A stretch of DNA of 63,760 nucleotides, counting the filler, from Asterionella formosa (lineage: Eukaryota), in assembly GCA_002256025.1 (NCBI GenBank). It is 14 parts of 14 records of this genome, joined end to end, with 100 filler letters (N's around TTAATTAATTAA, not from the genome) between each part and the next. Parts side by side here need not be neighbours in the genome. Positions count along the whole stretch, not along the records: positions 61,556 to 62,608 come from NKIB01004666.1; positions 62,709 to 63,760 come from NKIB01004667.1; 12 more parts are not named here. One strand, given 5' to 3'. The notes under the pieces were generated by a model. It was not told the origin of the DNA, ran no database searches, and saw only the letters and a list, made by a program, of their open reading frames with translations. A program made the translations under genes and the position numbers. Below are positions 61,713 through 63,760 of this stretch, piece after piece; positions within the stretch are counted from its first letter, which is position 1, and each line of letters starts with the position of its first letter.

Positions 61713-62608
61713 ATGAATATTAGAAACATAATTATTTGTGTGGCATTGGCCCTACTCTTGGTGCAAGCTACCGAAGGACAAAAAATGGTTAGTTCATTAT
61801 TATACTTTTTTTCTTTTTACCATCAGTTTGCGAAAACAAGAATTAACATTCTTTGCGGTTTTCTTTTTCTAGCTGATGAGAAAGCCAACTTTCAAGCCAA
61901 CTAGGTTTCCCACTTTCCGGCCCACAAGCCAACCAACCACCAAACCAACCAAGTTTCCTACTATCAAGCCAACGAAAAAGCCATCTAGGTTTTCTACCAT
62001 CAAGCCAACTAGGTTTCCTACCATCAAGCCAACGAAAAAGCCAACTAGGTTTCCTACCATCAAGCCAACAAAAAAGCCAACTAGGTTTCCTACCATCAAG
62101 CCTGAGAGCAAGCCAACTAAGCCTACCAGTCAACCAACAAGATTACCTACCACCAAGCCTACAAGCAACCCTACTAGTCAGCCCATGAGTAACCCTACCA
62201 ATGTGCGTTGCACAAACTCTATTTCTGTGTGTGGAAAACCATATACTTGTGACACTACTGAGATAAATCTTTTTTTTGAGCTTTGCGAAACCACCTTGCC
62301 TACAGAGATTGGACTCTTGACAAGTCTCAATTATCTAGTTTTGCCTGACAATACTTTCACTGGCACACTTCCCACAGAGATTGGACTCTTGACAAGTCTC
62401 ACTGATCTCAATTTGTCTGACAATTCTTTCACTGGCACACTTCCCACAGAGATTGGACTATTGACAAGTCTCAATTATCTAGATTTGTATGACAATTCTT
62501 TCACTGGCACACTTCCCACAGAGATTGGACTCTTGACAAGTCTCAATTATCTAGATTTGTCTTTCAATACTTTCACTGGCACACTTCCCACAGAGATTGG
62601 ACTATTGA
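61713..62608 (+). CDS. Secreted protein with Pro/Thr/Lys repeats and 24-aa LRRs; exons 61713-61787 and 61873 to the gap (partial)
   Basis: Signal peptide in exon 1, phase-0 intron 61788-61872, PT(R/K)FPTIK repeats, then FTGTLPTEIGLLTSL..L.L..N 72-bp tandem units. Confidence 0.88.
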
Positions 62609-63760
62609 NNNNNNNNNNNNNNNNNNNNNNNNNNNNNNNNNNNNNNNNNNNNTTAATTAATTAANNNNNNNNNNNNNNNNNNNNNNNNNNNNNNNNNNNN
62701 NNNNNNNNAGAAGAGCAAGAGCTCATTAATTGGCAGCCAAGCATTTTAAGCTGGGCTAACTCAGACTCTAACATGGCTTCTACGCATATAGCATCGGCCT
62801 TGTATGGTGACACTAAGAAATCTTTGACGCAGGGGGCAACAAGCAGCCGGCAAATCAAAATGATCGGGAGGGAGGATACCAGCTACACACCACAGCTCAT
62901 GCAACCTAGTACTCGACAGAAAAAAGACTATCCAAGTGCAGCCTAGATAGAAGCAGCTGGGAAAGTTTCTACATATACCTTGTTCTACAGTAACCAAGAA
63001 TATAGAAGTTAAACACAGAAAATCTAATTGTGAGTGTGCGTCGTCAAGTCCCACACAGCCCTAGACAACCACTAGTTCATGATTTTCGCATTTTTAGAGT
63101 TTGTTCAACATTTTTAGGCACTAAGCCTATAAGAACAATGGCCAGGCAAGGATAGCGCCCAAGGCAAATGTGGCGAGGAAAACATTTGGCATACAACCAT
63201 TCACCAGTAGATGGTCTCTATTTGAAAGTGAAATGATCAGGATAGTGCTCCAATCAAGTGAATATGGCAACTATTATGATACAGTCCTTGAAAGTACTCC
63301 CACCAGATAAGACAGGATAATTTGTAAATCATATCCTATATTATGGGTGCTTCTTGAAGTGCAAGCAATAATGATAATCCTTTCACATGTGTCAGCTAAA
63401 GGATGACATTGAACATTCTGTGGTGTTAGTGTTTGCCTGTAGGTCACCCATAGTAATGGACCTAGGTAGTATTTCTTGGATACAACTGCTATACCTTCTT
63501 TGGTATCATTGAAAAAAGTTCATTTCTTAAAGAAATATTCGATCTGGTTCACGTGCAACACAATTGAAAGTTTAGCTACTCTACTATTGTCTAAACCTTT
63601 CGCTTCTTGTAGCGGACACGGCAGTCCCCTTTTGGTCCAACAACCATGGCAGCGTAATTAATCTCGGGCATTTCTGGGGCGATTCGCTCAATCTGGTACT
63701 CACGGAACAAAATACTCAAAATAGTCTTTACCTGCATAAAGGCAAAGTTTTGGCCCATAC

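Overview
Eukaryotic nuclear DNA from a diatom (Lhcf/FCP gene with an AAA-FAP plastid-targeting motif, short GT-AG introns, HSF gene). The window is a scaffold of contigs, many joined by an artificial N44-TTAATTAATTAA-N44 linker. Recognisable host genes: a plastid-targeted conserved protein, BRF1, an HSF, Lhcf, a four-repeat hypothetical protein, NDUFS8, BRAP2, a zf-RanBP2/methyltransferase, a signal-peptide-bearing proteasome beta3, thioredoxin and a secreted PT-repeat/LRR protein. The intergenic space is full of mobile elements. The most notable signal is a Kolobok-like DNA transposon family that can be rebuilt from several fragments: TTAA target, GG...CC termini, a Cys-rich ORF resembling the P2X7 'ballast'/KolX domain about 330 bp inside one end, a DDE transposase on the same strand, and a conserved internal hairpin. 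Also present are a tRNA-headed short repeat family with a covarying 3' stem and a UGUAR motif, a PIF/Harbinger element nested in a Kolobok end, a solo LTR with a 6-bp TSD, a foldback element upstream of Lhcf, a TA-flanked Tc1/pogo-type element, and copia and non-LTR remnants. All family assignments come from motifs read by eye; no database searches were run.
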